The position numbers were made by a program, and so were the translations under genes. Shown one piece after another: positions 38,901 to 53,874 of a stretch of DNA of 64,000 bases. The number at the start of each line of letters is the position of its first letter. Position 1 is the stretch's first letter. The DNA is from Meiothermus sp. GTDB lineage: Bacteria > Deinococcota > Deinococci > Deinococcales > Thermaceae. Location of the stretch: positions 58,822 to 122,821 of the forward strand of contig JANRLD010000007.1 of assembly GCA_033762915.1 (NCBI GenBank), read 5' to 3'. Under the pieces are notes generated by a model. It was not told the origin of the DNA and ran no database searches. It saw only the letters and a program-made list of their open reading frames with translations.

Positions 38901-40909
38901 AACCTCGCGGCATCGCCATGGTGATGGGCCTCATCGCCATCCTGATCGTCTCTGGCATTGCCACCTTGATGTTCACGCGGATGGCGGCCGAGACCCGCTC
39001 CAGCGGCGACAGCGCAACGGTGGTGGAGAACCTGATGCTGGCTCGAGGGGCCATGACCTTCGCCGGGGCCTTCATGGAGAGCACCGGCCGCAGCCTGCTC
39101 AGCAACGCCGTGACCAGCCAGTCCAGTACCACCGATGCTTGGGCCTTCGGGGGCAACGCCACCAACCCTGCCCCTGGCCTGCTGGCCACCCAGCTCGACA
39201 GTGTGGCCTCCCTCACCCAGAGCGCCTTCGACAACGTCCTGTGCGGAATGAACCTGGCTCCCACCGACACCGGGGCCACGGTCAACCTGCGCTTCTTCTT
39301 CACCACCAGCCCGGCCGCCAACGCCAACTGTACCCTGACCTACCCCAGCGGCATCACCCTCCCCGAGGGGCGCTTCGTCCAGGGCAACGCCCGAACCGCC
39401 ACCAACAACGTCCAGCAGGTCTATGCCATCCCCTTCGTGGCGGTGGCCCAGTCTCGCATCAACACCTTCCGCCGCAACATCGTGCTGCAGGGGGAATACC
39501 GCTTCATCATCAGCCGGACCAGCTTCGCCCGCTACGCCTACTTCGCCAACCAGCGCACCTCGGGCCTCTTCTTTGGCGACAACGACTTGGTCGACGGGCC
39601 GGTCCACTCCAACCAGTACCTGCGCTTTAGCGGGCGACCTTGGTTCGGCGACATGGCCACTGTGGCGGGCTGCACCTCGCCCACCCTGACCTCTTGCGGC
39701 ACCCAGAACCAGGGCGACGACTTCGGCGGCACCATCCGCACGGTGGCCCAAATCGGGGCCAACGGCGGCCCCTGCTTCAGCTCCAACTGTCCCACCTTCG
39801 TCAATAACCTCTACAACTTCAGCTCCTCCTTCATCCCCCTGCCCGACGCCAACCAGTCCCGGCTGCACATCCAGGCCTCGCAGGGCGGCGGCGCGGTAGC
39901 GGCCTCGGGCTCGCTGGCGGCCCTGCCCGCCCAGCCAGCCAACACTGGCGGCCTCTACTTCGGCAGCACCCTGGCCTCGCTGACGGTGTTTGCCGGGGAC
40001 AGCAGCGGCAACTACTTGAGCGGCTCCACTGCCAGTCCCCCGGTCTGGAATGACTCTAACTTCCAGTACATCGTCGGCTGCACCAGCACCGCCAGCACCA
40101 CCTGCACCCTCTACCGGGCCGGCCCTCCCAGCGGTTCCAACCAGGGGGGAACATTAGAGCGCTGGACCGGCGCGGTCGCCACCACCTGCCCGGCCGGGAG
40201 TTGCGCGCCCAGCGGGTCGGGCAGCTGGGCCGCAGTGCAGAACACCCAGGGCCAGAACATCACCAACTTCAACGGGGTGCTCTACGTCAACGGCGACATC
40301 ACCGTGCAGGGCCCGCCCCGCTTGGCTGTCAGCGGCAGCAGCGCCTGCACCGCCTCCAACGCGTCAGGCAACCCCGACTGCGCCCCCCCGGCCCTGGCCA
40401 GCTTCTCCCAGATCACCGTGGCCAACTCGGGGACCGGCAACGACATCGTGATTAACCGCGACCTCAAGTACGAGGATCCCCCTTGCTCAGGCACCCCCAC
40501 CCGCACCAGCGTGACCGCCCCGGTGACCCTGGCCACCTGCAACAACACCAGCGCCCGCAACATCCTGGGCATCTACAGCCAGGACGGCAACGTGCTGTTC
40601 GGGCCGTCCTCCAGCCGGCCCTCTAACCTCACCGTGCAGGGGGTGATCATGAGCGGGACCGCCACCGTGCAGGTCAACAACTTCTCCTCCGGCAACGACG
40701 GCAACGAGCTGCGGGTGATGGGCGGGATGATCGGCAACACGGTCTCGGGCTTCCGCAGCGGCAGCAGCGGCTACCAGCGGCGCATCACCTACGACCGACG
40801 GCTGGCCAGCGGCATGGCCCCACCATTCTTCCCCGTCACCACCCAGAGCGGGGTGCTGGACACCTTCACCTTCACCTTCGGCCAGCGCGAACAGGTCGGG
40901 CTGCAGTGA
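38891..40909 (+). CDS. ComZ/PilX-like large pilin (DUF4900-type)
   Basis: RG|IAMVM with no E5; FARYAYF, VDGPVHSN, FNGVLYVNGDI, NILGIYSQDGNV and TYDRRL..G..PPFFP motifs; 14 Cys. Confidence 0.8.
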   Translation: MQLKPRGIAMVMGLIAILIVSGIATLMFTRMAAETRSSGDSATVVENLMLARGAMTFAGAFMESTGRSLLSNAVTSQSSTTDAWAFGGNATNPAPGLLATQLDSVASLTQSAFDNVLCGMNLAPTDTGATVNLRFFFTTSPAANANCTLTYPSGITLPEGRFVQGNARTATNNVQQVYAIPFVAVAQSRINTFRRNIVLQGEYRFIISRTSFARYAYFANQRTSGLFFGDNDLVDGPVHSNQYLRFSGRPWFGDMATVAGCTSPTLTSCGTQNQGDDFGGTIRTVAQIGANGGPCFSSNCPTFVNNLYNFSSSFIPLPDANQSRLHIQASQGGGAVAASGSLAALPAQPANTGGLYFGSTLASLTVFAGDSSGNYLSGSTASPPVWNDSNFQYIVGCTSTASTTCTLYRAGPPSGSNQGGTLERWTGAVATTCPAGSCAPSGSGSWAAVQNTQGQNITNFNGVLYVNGDITVQGPPRLAVSGSSACTASNASGNPDCAPPALASFSQITVANSGTGNDIVINRDLKYEDPPCSGTPTRTSVTAPVTLATCNNTSARNILGIYSQDGNVLFGPSSSRPSNLTVQGVIMSGTATVQVNNFSSGNDGNELRVMGGMIGNTVSGFRSGSSGYQRRITYDRRLASGMAPPFFPVTTQSGVLDTFTFTFGQREQVGLQ

Positions 40910-40919
40910 CCTCAATGCT

Positions 40920-40948
40920 CGGGGCCCCTCCCAGCGGGAGGGGCCCCG
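40920..40948. terminator. Hairpin between the convergent pilin operon and ppsA
   Basis: 13-bp perfect stem CGGGGCCCCTCCC-agc-GGGAGGGGCCCCG. Confidence 0.75.
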
Positions 40949-40964
40949 GTGTCTGTCCGGCGGC

Positions 40965-43328
<2,364 letters not shown>

Positions 43329-43383
43329 CGCATCACCCCTTGTTAGATACGAGGGTAGGCGAGAAGACGAGGATGTGAGGGAG

Positions 43384-43453
43384 TGTATTTTTACATCGGC
43401 TACATTTGGTAATCTGTGTATCTTCAGTACACCATAAGTAACTACACCGTTAC
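43384..43453. promoter_or_regulatory. Cluster of palindromic operator-like sites between ppsA and ppsR
   Basis: TGTAttttTACA (43384-95), GTGTA-N7-TACAC (43416-32) and GTAAC-N6-GTTAC (43438-53) in an AT-rich spacer. Confidence 0.5.
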
Positions 43454-43531
43454 AAAAACAACCCATCTCTTTTTCACGATAGCAGTATCATATTCCACCT
43501 GCCGCTTGGCTTAATGGTTCCCCTTACCCCT

Positions 43532-44347
<816 letters not shown>

Positions 44348-44743
44348 GGGTGTGCAGGGTGCGGGGCTTTCCCGCCGGACGCAGTGAGGGTGTGCAGGGT
44401 GCGGGGCTGTTCCGGCGGGGCGCTCGACGGTTCCTGGTAAGGCCGTAGGCAAGAGTGCTGGAGTCCGCTGTGGGGACCTGGGGGCGGGGCTTACGGCGGG
44501 GAGGCTGGGGAGGTTGGCGGCCAGTCCTGATTTGTCTGACCGTGGTTTCCGCCCAGTTTTTTCACCGTAAGCGTTACCGGAAAATTTCCGTATAACTACA
44601 CCATCCCTCTTCACGCGATTCGGATGAAGATAACGGTCTGGGTCGTCAGGCAAAAGCTTAAGGTGTGTGGTAGGCTCTAATCTGCACGGGGGCGGGAAGT
44701 TCCTAACCTGCTCCTGCCTTCGACCAACAGCCAAGGGAGGCTC

Positions 44744-45295
44744 GTGTTGATTGGCACCTACTCTGTTGTCGAACTGGCAGAAAAAGTCAAGACCCAGGTG
44801 AAACCCGAGCGCTTCGCCCACATCCTGCGCGTGGCCGAGCTGGCCGAGGAGATTGCCCGGGCTAACGCGGTAGACACCGAAAAGACGTATCTGGCCGCGA
44901 TCCTGCACGACGCGGCTCGAGACCTGACCCCCGAGCTGCTCTTCGAACTGGCCCCGCCGGTCCTGGAGATGGAGCGCAGGCACCCGCTAGCCCTGCACGG
45001 GCGGGCTGGACGCAGGCTGGCAGAGCGCTGGGGCGTCGAAGACCCCGAGGTGCTCGAGGCCATCGAGGGCCACGTCTACGGGGTGCGGCCCGATCAGCGG
45101 GTGGGGATGGCGGTCTATGTGGCTGACGTCTCCGAGCCGGGGCGCGGGGTTAATCAGGAGATCCGCGAACTGGCCCTTAGGGGCGAGCTGCTAGAGGCCT
45201 ACCGCCGGGCCGTGGTCAGCAAGGTCACCTACCTCGAGGGTCGCGGCATCGAGCCCCACCCCCGCACCCTGGTGGCCTATCAGGCGCTGGTGTAG
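44744..45295 (+). CDS. yqeK: YqeK HD-domain Ap4A hydrolase
   Basis: RFAHILRV, AAILHDAAR, LHG, AIEGH and YVADVSEPGR motifs. Confidence 0.85.
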   Translation: MLIGTYSVVELAEKVKTQVKPERFAHILRVAELAEEIARANAVDTEKTYLAAILHDAARDLTPELLFELAPPVLEMERRHPLALHGRAGRRLAERWGVEDPEVLEAIEGHVYGVRPDQRVGMAVYVADVSEPGRGVNQEIRELALRGELLEAYRRAVVSKVTYLEGRGIEPHPRTLVAYQALV

Positions 45296-45451
45296 GGTTG
45301 GGTTGCGTGGGGCGGACGGCTGCGGTGTGGTGCCGGACCAATGCCCTACCGCCTCGACCCCTTTCGCCAATGGCCGGGCCCAGCTGAACTAGGCGCCCGT
45401 GTACCCCACGCCCTTACTTTCTTAAGCCAATGATTTTGTATCCTTAGACTT

Positions 45452-46711
45452 ATGGCCTCAGCCCGGCCCCGCCGGACTCCCCCCAAACCCCGAAGCAACC
45501 CGCGCCGATCCTTAGGTCTGTTCGGGTTGTTCTTAATGGTCGTGGCCCTGGTGTTGACCTTTGCGCCCCAGATCGGCGAACTTCGCACCAATCTGGGCGG
45601 GGCCATGGGGCAGGCTGACGCGGTGCCGGAGGAGGTCAGCTTCGTGGTGGCGGCGCGTGACACCCAGTACTGCGGCTACCACACGGCGTGCGGGCCAGGG
45701 ATGCGCACCGACACCATCTTCTATGTGCGGCTGCGCGGCCCCGAGGCCACGCTGGTGGCGCTGCCTCGAGACTTACGCTACACCTACCAGTCCGCCGACC
45801 CCTCAGACGGCTTCAGCTACGACGGCAAGATCAACTCGGTCTACGAGTTCGGCGGCGGTGCGGAGGGGCTGCGGCGGGCAGTTGAGAATGTGCTGGGCGT
45901 GCCGGTTCAGCACTACGTGATCCTCACCTTCGAGTCCATCATGCGCCTGGTCAACGCGGTCGACGGGGTGGACGTGGTGTTGCCCTTCCCCATGAAGTAC
46001 ACCGACCGGGCGGCGGGCCTGTTCATCGATTTCCCCGCCGGGCCGCGCCACCTCGACGGCAAGGACGCAGTCAAGTACATGCGCTTCCGCCGCTGGGAGG
46101 GCAACGACCTGGGCCGCCTCGACCGCATCAAAGGCGTGCTGAACCAGGTCGCCCAGAAGGCCCAGCAGCCCCGCTACTGGCCGCGCTTGCCCGGCGTCGC
46201 CACGGCGGCCTGGAACGACCTCGAGACCACCCTCCCCCTCACCGCCGCCCTCTCCCTGCTCCCCAACCTGCGCGGCCTTACCCTCAAGAGCGCCACGGTG
46301 CCCACCCTCGAGCAGGGCTACGATCTGATCCTCGACGAGCCCGCGATGGCCTCCTTCCGCTCCGGCCTGCTGGGCTACCAGGCCGACGCCGAGGCCACCA
46401 CCCCCATCACCGAGGCCGCCGCCAGAGAGTTGAAGGTGCTGCTGCTCGACCAGAGCGGAAAGGGCCTGGCCGAGGCCTACCGGCAAGGCTTGCTCGAGCT
46501 CGGCCTCCCCCTGCCCGACCTCCAGACCGCGCCGGAGCCCCGCCCCGCCACCGCCGTTTACGTCCGCAGCGGTCTCTCCGTGGTAGGCCGCGAGTCTCCC
46601 GCCTTCGCGTTGGCCAGGGCCTATGCCGACCTGATGCACCTGCCCCTGCAAACCCAGTTCAGGCTCGAGGCGGACGGGTATGACGTGGTGATTGCGATCG
46701 GAAAGCCGTAG
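45452..46711 (+). CDS. LCP (LytR-CpsA-Psr) family protein
   Basis: Single TM; RTDTI, LPRD, KINSVY and YMRFR..NDLGRLDR motifs. Confidence 0.9.
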   Translation: MASARPRRTPPKPRSNPRRSLGLFGLFLMVVALVLTFAPQIGELRTNLGGAMGQADAVPEEVSFVVAARDTQYCGYHTACGPGMRTDTIFYVRLRGPEATLVALPRDLRYTYQSADPSDGFSYDGKINSVYEFGGGAEGLRRAVENVLGVPVQHYVILTFESIMRLVNAVDGVDVVLPFPMKYTDRAAGLFIDFPAGPRHLDGKDAVKYMRFRRWEGNDLGRLDRIKGVLNQVAQKAQQPRYWPRLPGVATAAWNDLETTLPLTAALSLLPNLRGLTLKSATVPTLEQGYDLILDEPAMASFRSGLLGYQADAEATTPITEAAARELKVLLLDQSGKGLAEAYRQGLLELGLPLPDLQTAPEPRPATAVYVRSGLSVVGRESPAFALARAYADLMHLPLQTQFRLEADGYDVVIAIGKP

Positions 46712-46803
46712 GTGTGGGCTCGAGGCGGGTAGCCTCAACAGCGGCCGGGAGAATCTCCCGACGTCGCTTCTGGCCCTAGTTCTCTACGTTTGGCTAGGGC
46801 CTT

Positions 46804-46960
46804 TAAGTGTCTCCATAGTTGTCATGCGAAATGACGCCCGCCAGCTCCCGCAAGGAATTGCGCCTCGGGTAGCTGCTCCGCGGCTATGGCGTGCGACACT
46901 CCGCCCAGGCACGTATTTACTATTTCCGCCGATTCCGCACTTCTACCCTGGCGCAGCTTA
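46804..46960. mobile_element. 157-bp TAAGTGTC-family miniature element
   Basis: TAAGTGTCTCCA...TGGCGCAGCTTA imperfect terminal inverted repeats; inverted copy at 26432-26588; the right end supplies the TAA stop of 46958..48337. Confidence 0.8.
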
Positions 46961-48337
46961 GGCCTCTTCCGCCTTGACCGACTCTCCGGTCGTTTCGTCG
47001 TCGCTGGCCCTGGGGGAGGGGTCGCGTCGCTCGGCGCGGACGCGCTCGATACCGCGCGGGTCGGCGGCCTCGATGGTGAAGCGCCAGCCCTCGTAGTCCA
47101 GGGTCTCTCCGACCTCGGGGATGTGGCCAAACTGGTCCATCAGGAAGCCCGACAGGGTGTCGTACTCGCCCTCCGGCAGTTCGGTCTCGAGTTCCTCCGA
47201 GACCTCCTCCAAGGGCGTGGCGGCGTCGAGCATATAGACGCCCGAGCCCACCTCGCGTACCTGCTTCTCCTCTTCCTCGTCGCTCTCGTCGTAGATCTCT
47301 CCGATGATCTCCTCGATGATGTCCTCGAGGGTGATCAGGCCCGCCGTGCCCTTGAACTCGTCCACCACGATGGCGATGTGGGTCTTGCGGCGGCGCAGCT
47401 CGCGCAGCAGTTCCCGCGCCCCCATGGTCTCGGGGACGAAGTAGGCCGGGTGGGTGATGCTGGAAACCTTGGCGGTCTCCAGCACCGGGCCGCTGTACTC
47501 CAACAGGTCCCGCGCGTAGGCGATCCCGGTGATGTTGTCCACGGTGTCCTTGTAGACCGGGACGCGGCTGTAGCGGTGCTCTCGCACCAGGGTGAGGAAG
47601 TCGCGCAGGGTGGAGTCGAAGTTGACCGCGACCATGTCCACCCGGGGCACCATGATTGAGCGAACCGGGGTCTCCTCGAGGTCGATGATTTGGCTGATGA
47701 TTTCGCCCTCCCTCTCGTCCAACACCCCCTCCTTCGACGATGCCTCGACGATCAGCTTAAGCTCCTCTGCGCTGCCCACCATGCTGTTGGAGGGGGCCTC
47801 GCGCATCCCCAGCAGCCGCAGGAAGAAGTTGCCGCTGGTCTTGAACAGCCAGACCAAGGGGCCGGTCAGGCGCTGGAACAGGTTGAGCGGCAGGATGGTG
47901 AAGAGTGCGGTCTGCTCGGTGCGCTGCAGGGCCAACCCCTTGGGGATCAGCTCGCCGAAGAGCACCGTGACGTAGGTGATGATGATCACCGATATGACGA
48001 AGCTGACCGTAGACAGCACCGAGCCGTCGGCGACTTCGGCCAAGGGTTGTCCCGCCACCGCCGCGATGCCCCGCACAATCAGGGCTGTCACGTAGGGTTC
48101 GCCGAACGCGCCCAAAATCAGGTTGGTGGCGGTGATGCCCAACTGGGTCGTGGCGATGTAGGTGTCCAGCCGGATGGTCGCGGTCTTCAGCAGCCGACCC
48201 TGCAGACTGCCGCTATCGGCCAGCTGCTCGACCCGGCTACGGCGAATCGCCACCAAGGAAAACTCGGCGGCTACGAAAAATGCGTTGATGAGGATTAGAA
48301 GGACGATGATCCCAAAACTGCCAGCGATGCTTTCCAT
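46958..48337 (-). CDS. Hemolysin/CNNM family (DUF21-CBS-CorC) membrane protein
   Basis: NAFFVAAEFSLV, QLGIT, FGELIPK, MVPRVDM, YSRVPVY and VVDEFKGTAGLITLEDIIEEIIGEI motifs. Confidence 0.92.
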   Translation of the reverse strand: MESIAGSFGIIVLLILINAFFVAAEFSLVAIRRSRVEQLADSGSLQGRLLKTATIRLDTYIATTQLGITATNLILGAFGEPYVTALIVRGIAAVAGQPLAEVADGSVLSTVSFVISVIIITYVTVLFGELIPKGLALQRTEQTALFTILPLNLFQRLTGPLVWLFKTSGNFFLRLLGMREAPSNSMVGSAEELKLIVEASSKEGVLDEREGEIISQIIDLEETPVRSIMVPRVDMVAVNFDSTLRDFLTLVREHRYSRVPVYKDTVDNITGIAYARDLLEYSGPVLETAKVSSITHPAYFVPETMGARELLRELRRRKTHIAIVVDEFKGTAGLITLEDIIEEIIGEIYDESDEEEEKQVREVGSGVYMLDAATPLEEVSEELETELPEGEYDTLSGFLMDQFGHIPEVGETLDYEGWRFTIEAADPRGIERVRAERRDPSPRASDDETTGESVKAEEA

Positions 48338-48512
48338 AGGGTTCGCGCCTGGCCTCCAAAACTACGATGCCCCGAACCGGGTCAGGGCACGATAAAAACT
48401 AGGTTTGGGAGCGATAGCCATACGCTACTGTGTGAGAGTCTATCACACCCAGGTGGGGAAGAGTAGAGAATCGCGTTAGGACGCCGCCATGACGCAAGAA
48501 AACCGTCTTCCA

Positions 48513-48568
48513 AGAGCGGTTCCCACGCATACTCCCTACGGCGCTAAAGCGGGCGGTTTTTTGCTCTA
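48513..48568. repeat. About 56-bp dispersed repeat (TAGAGCGGTT family)
   Basis: AGAGCGGTTCCCACGCATACTCCCTACGGCGCTAAAGCGGGCGGTTTTTTGCTCTA; near-identical copy at 56463-56518. Confidence 0.8.
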
Positions 48569-48847
48569 GGGAGTACATTTCTTGCCGCGACGCGGGAGGT
48601 AACGGTGGGAAACTCGAGAAGACCTCGGGCCGCTTGTTCTGGTGAGGAAAACGGCCGGAGGGCATTGTTTTCGCACAACGGCCGTGATTCTCGGCTTTTT
48701 CGATGGGAAGCCCCTGTCCTGGTGCAACGGGCCTTGGCCCTCCGAGCGGGCGGCCAGGGGGGCTCTGCTCGGGCCTCGAGCCATGGTTGGGCGCAAGAGT
48801 CGGCCCGCTCCACGGCTACCGCACACCTGTTCGGGTTTTGGGGAAGA

Positions 48848-50919
<2,072 letters not shown>

Positions 50920-51023
50920 GCCACGGCATTCGGGCCCCCCCGCTTTTCACCCGAGCCCGACTTGGGTAAACTAATCACAAGCCACCCGGCGCACAGCCAG
51001 CTTTAGGCCACTCGGAGGCCAGG

Positions 51024-51944
51024 ATGCGGTTTTTTGTTTTGGGAGACGTATCGGTAGACTTGATCTACTTCCTCGATAGAATCCCCGATCCGGGGGAGGA
51101 GGTACCCGCGCAGCGGGCGCTGATGAAGCCCGGCGGGGCGGGCGGTACCCTGGCGGCTCAGCTCGGCAGCTTGGGCCACAAGGTGCAGCTTGCCAGCCGT
51201 GTGGGCAACGATGCCTTCGCCGACCTGGCCCTGTCCCAGATTCAGAGGGTCAAGGTGGACGTAAAGTGCGTCCAGCAAGACCCCGAGCAAACCACCTCTT
51301 CGATCCTGATCCTGGTGGTGCCTGGCGGTGAGCGCTCGATGATCTCGGCGGGCGGCGCCAGCCGCTACCTCGATGCTGCCGAGTTCAAGCCCAAGCTGCT
51401 CGATGGCCAGGACGCGGTGGTGATCTCGGCCTACGCCTTTGTGGGCGGGCCGCAGCGCCAGTACGCCATCACTGTGCTGGACGCGGCCCGCAAGCGCGAG
51501 CTGCCAGTCTTTGTGGACATGGGCACCGGGGCGGTCCGCTCGGCGGGCAAAGAACTGCTTGACCTGGTGAAGGGCGTGCCCTATCTCCTGATGAACCAGC
51601 AGGAACTGCGTGCCCTTACCGGCAAGACCTCCATCAGCCAGGGCATCAGCGACCTCAAGCCCTGGGGTCTGGATACGGTGATCGTGAAAGTGGGGGCGCT
51701 CGGCTCCATCGTGGTTACGCCCAAGGGCCAGGAGCTGATCGAGCCCTTCCCCCTCGAGGAGGCCATCGACACCACCGGCTCCGGTGACGCCTTCACCGCC
51801 GCCTTCGCCCACGCGGTCATGGAAGGCAAGGACCCCTTCGTGGCCGCCCGCATGGGCAACCTGGCCGGCTCGCTGGCGGCGATGTCGGTGGGGGCGCAGG
51901 GGCGGCTGATTACGGCGGGGGATCTGGCGCAGGTGAAGGGCTAA
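51024..51944 (+). CDS. PfkB family carbohydrate kinase
   Basis: PGGAG, VGNDAF and DTTGSGDAF motifs. Confidence 0.9.
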   Translation: MRFFVLGDVSVDLIYFLDRIPDPGEEVPAQRALMKPGGAGGTLAAQLGSLGHKVQLASRVGNDAFADLALSQIQRVKVDVKCVQQDPEQTTSSILILVVPGGERSMISAGGASRYLDAAEFKPKLLDGQDAVVISAYAFVGGPQRQYAITVLDAARKRELPVFVDMGTGAVRSAGKELLDLVKGVPYLLMNQQELRALTGKTSISQGISDLKPWGLDTVIVKVGALGSIVVTPKGQELIEPFPLEEAIDTTGSGDAFTAAFAHAVMEGKDPFVAARMGNLAGSLAAMSVGAQGRLITAGDLAQVKG

Positions 51945-52075
51945 GGGGCTGCCGGGGCTTTCCCAGCCACGGCGCGACTTTCCTTGTTTGTGCGCCTTGC
52001 CGCACGCTGCTCGCAGGGTCTGGCAGCCGACTTCAGCCTTGAACCAGCCGCTTCCCAGGCCCCACAGCTGTGACC

Positions 52076-52672
52076 CTACTTCTGCCCGAAGTAACCCCGA
52101 ATCTGCCGCAGCAGCTCGAGGCCGCTCTGCCCGCTCTTCTCGGGGTGAAACTGCGGGGCAATGATGTTGTCCTTGCCGTACACGGCGGTAAAGCGGGTGC
52201 CGTCATAGTCGGTGATGCCCACGCCGCCCTCCACCACGGGCGCGAAGTAGGAGTGAACGAAGTAGAAGTAGCGCCCGTCTAGCGCGGCGAAGGGCGCTGT
52301 GAACTCCACCGTGTTCCAGCCCATCTGAGGCACCCGGCCGGCCCGGAAGCGCTCGAGTCCCCCCCGGATCAGCCCCAGCCCCGGCACCCCCGGTGCCTCG
52401 GCGGACGCGTCGAACAGGATTTGCATCCCCACGCAGATGCCCAGAAACGGCCGGCCCTTGGCGATGTGCTCTCGCACGCCTTCCTCAAAGCCCGAGGCCT
52501 TGAAGTTCTCCATGACCTGACGAAAGTGCCCCTGTCCGGGCAGAACCAGCAGGTCGTTCCTGGTTACGTCGGCGGGGTCGGCGGAGATGCTCACGCGGTA
52601 GCCGGTGGCCTCGAGGGCCTTGGCCGCCGAGTGGATGTTGCCGGAGCCGTAATCAATGAGTAGGGTTTTCAT
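52076..52672 (-). CDS. hisH: Imidazole glycerol phosphate synthase glutaminase subunit
   Basis: IDYGSGN, LPGQG, GICVGMQ, YFVHSY and QFHPEKS motifs. Confidence 0.95.
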   Translation of the reverse strand: MKTLLIDYGSGNIHSAAKALEATGYRVSISADPADVTRNDLLVLPGQGHFRQVMENFKASGFEEGVREHIAKGRPFLGICVGMQILFDASAEAPGVPGLGLIRGGLERFRAGRVPQMGWNTVEFTAPFAALDGRYFYFVHSYFAPVVEGGVGITDYDGTRFTAVYGKDNIIAPQFHPEKSGQSGLELLRQIRGYFGQK

Positions 52673-52726
52673 GGCGTGTCGTGGGTCGGGCGGATTGAGG
52701 CGTTGAGGGCGGAGGGTCGGGGGCGC

Positions 52727-53242
52727 TCAGCAGTCGAACACCCACCAGCAGAGGTGGTTTCGCAGCCGCTGGTCGTCGAGGACGAGTTCGCGTATCTCGT
52801 CGGGGAGCTGTCCGCGCTGCCAGCGGCACTCGAGCCGGCCCGCGTCGTCCCCCTGGCCTTTGGGGGTGGCTGCCCGCACGGCCTTGATGGCGTAAGCGGC
52901 GGCACCCAGCTCGTGCGCCGCGACGTGCGCCACCACCGCCGCCTGACCGGCAGCGTAGGCGGCGTGCCGGGCGGCCCCGCTCAGCGCCCTCGCCGCAGAC
53001 ACGGCCCGGCTACCCGCCGCTCGAGACTCCATCATCCTGACCTCGCCCCGCGTCCAGGCCCGAACCTGCTCGATTGCCTGGCGGGGGCGCAGGTCCGAGG
53101 GCTGTGCCGACTCGAACAGGGGCACGACGTGCTCCGCGCACGCGGCTGCCCACAGGGCCAGGAGCCGGTGGTTGGCGTCGGTGAGGGTGCCCCCGCGCCG
53201 GAGGGTGATAAAGCGGGGGTCGCGATCTTTGGGGAGGATCAT
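52727..53242 (-). CDS. Imm5-like putative immunity protein
   Basis: HRLLALWAAACAEHV, DLRPRQAI..RAW and AAYAAGQAAVVAHVAAHELGAAAYA motifs. Confidence 0.75.
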   Translation of the reverse strand: MILPKDRDPRFITLRRGGTLTDANHRLLALWAAACAEHVVPLFESAQPSDLRPRQAIEQVRAWTRGEVRMMESRAAGSRAVSAARALSGAARHAAYAAGQAAVVAHVAAHELGAAAYAIKAVRAATPKGQGDDAGRLECRWQRGQLPDEIRELVLDDQRLRNHLCWWVFDC

Positions 53243-53247
53243 GTTGG

Positions 53248-53832
53248 CTACAGCACCTCTTTGGTGCTCGGGAGGTCGCGGCGGGTGACCCTGGTGGCTT
53301 TGTACAGCGCCCGCGCCAGCGCCTTCACCGCAGCCTCGATTACGTGGTGGGCCTCGCGCCCGGCCAGCAGCCGAACGTGCAGGGTCAGGCCCGCGTGGTT
53401 GCTCAGCCCGCGCAAGAACTCGCGCAGGTGGTAGGCATTGACCCCGCCCGCGCTGCCCTCGATACCCAGCTCCTCCGGCGCGAAGGCCAGGTGGGCACGC
53501 CCCGAGAGGTCCAGCACCACGCCAACCAGGGTCTCGTCCATGGGCACGCTGGCCTCGCCGTAGCGCTCGAGGCCCCGGGCGTCCCCTACGGCCTGCCGGA
53601 GCGCCATGCCCAGCACGATCCCCACGTCCTCGACCAGGTGATGCACGTCGACCTCGAGGTCACCCCTGGCCGAGACCTCGAGGCCGAAGCGCCCGTGCCT
53701 TTGGAAGGCGGTGAGCATGTGATCCAGGAAGCCCAGCCCGGTCGAAATCTCTCCGCTGGCCTCAGCGTCCAGATCGAGGGTGAGTTTGATTTGGGTCTCG
53801 GCGGTGTTGCGCTCGACAGTGGCTGTACGCAT
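53248..53832 (-). CDS. hisB: Imidazoleglycerol-phosphate dehydratase
   Basis: RNTAETQI, FLDHML, DVHHLVED, PMDE, HHVIEA and PSTKEVL motifs. Confidence 0.96.
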   Translation of the reverse strand: MRTATVERNTAETQIKLTLDLDAEASGEISTGLGFLDHMLTAFQRHGRFGLEVSARGDLEVDVHHLVEDVGIVLGMALRQAVGDARGLERYGEASVPMDETLVGVVLDLSGRAHLAFAPEELGIEGSAGGVNAYHLREFLRGLSNHAGLTLHVRLLAGREAHHVIEAAVKALARALYKATRVTRRDLPSTKEVL

Positions 53833-53874
53833 GACTCTCTCCGTGAATGGCGAATTGCAGCGGAACCCCAGGCC

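Noticed and set aside
48431..48447. Canonical CRP/FNR site
   Set aside because: TGTGA and TCACA are separated by 7 nt rather than 6; kept only as an unassigned palindrome.
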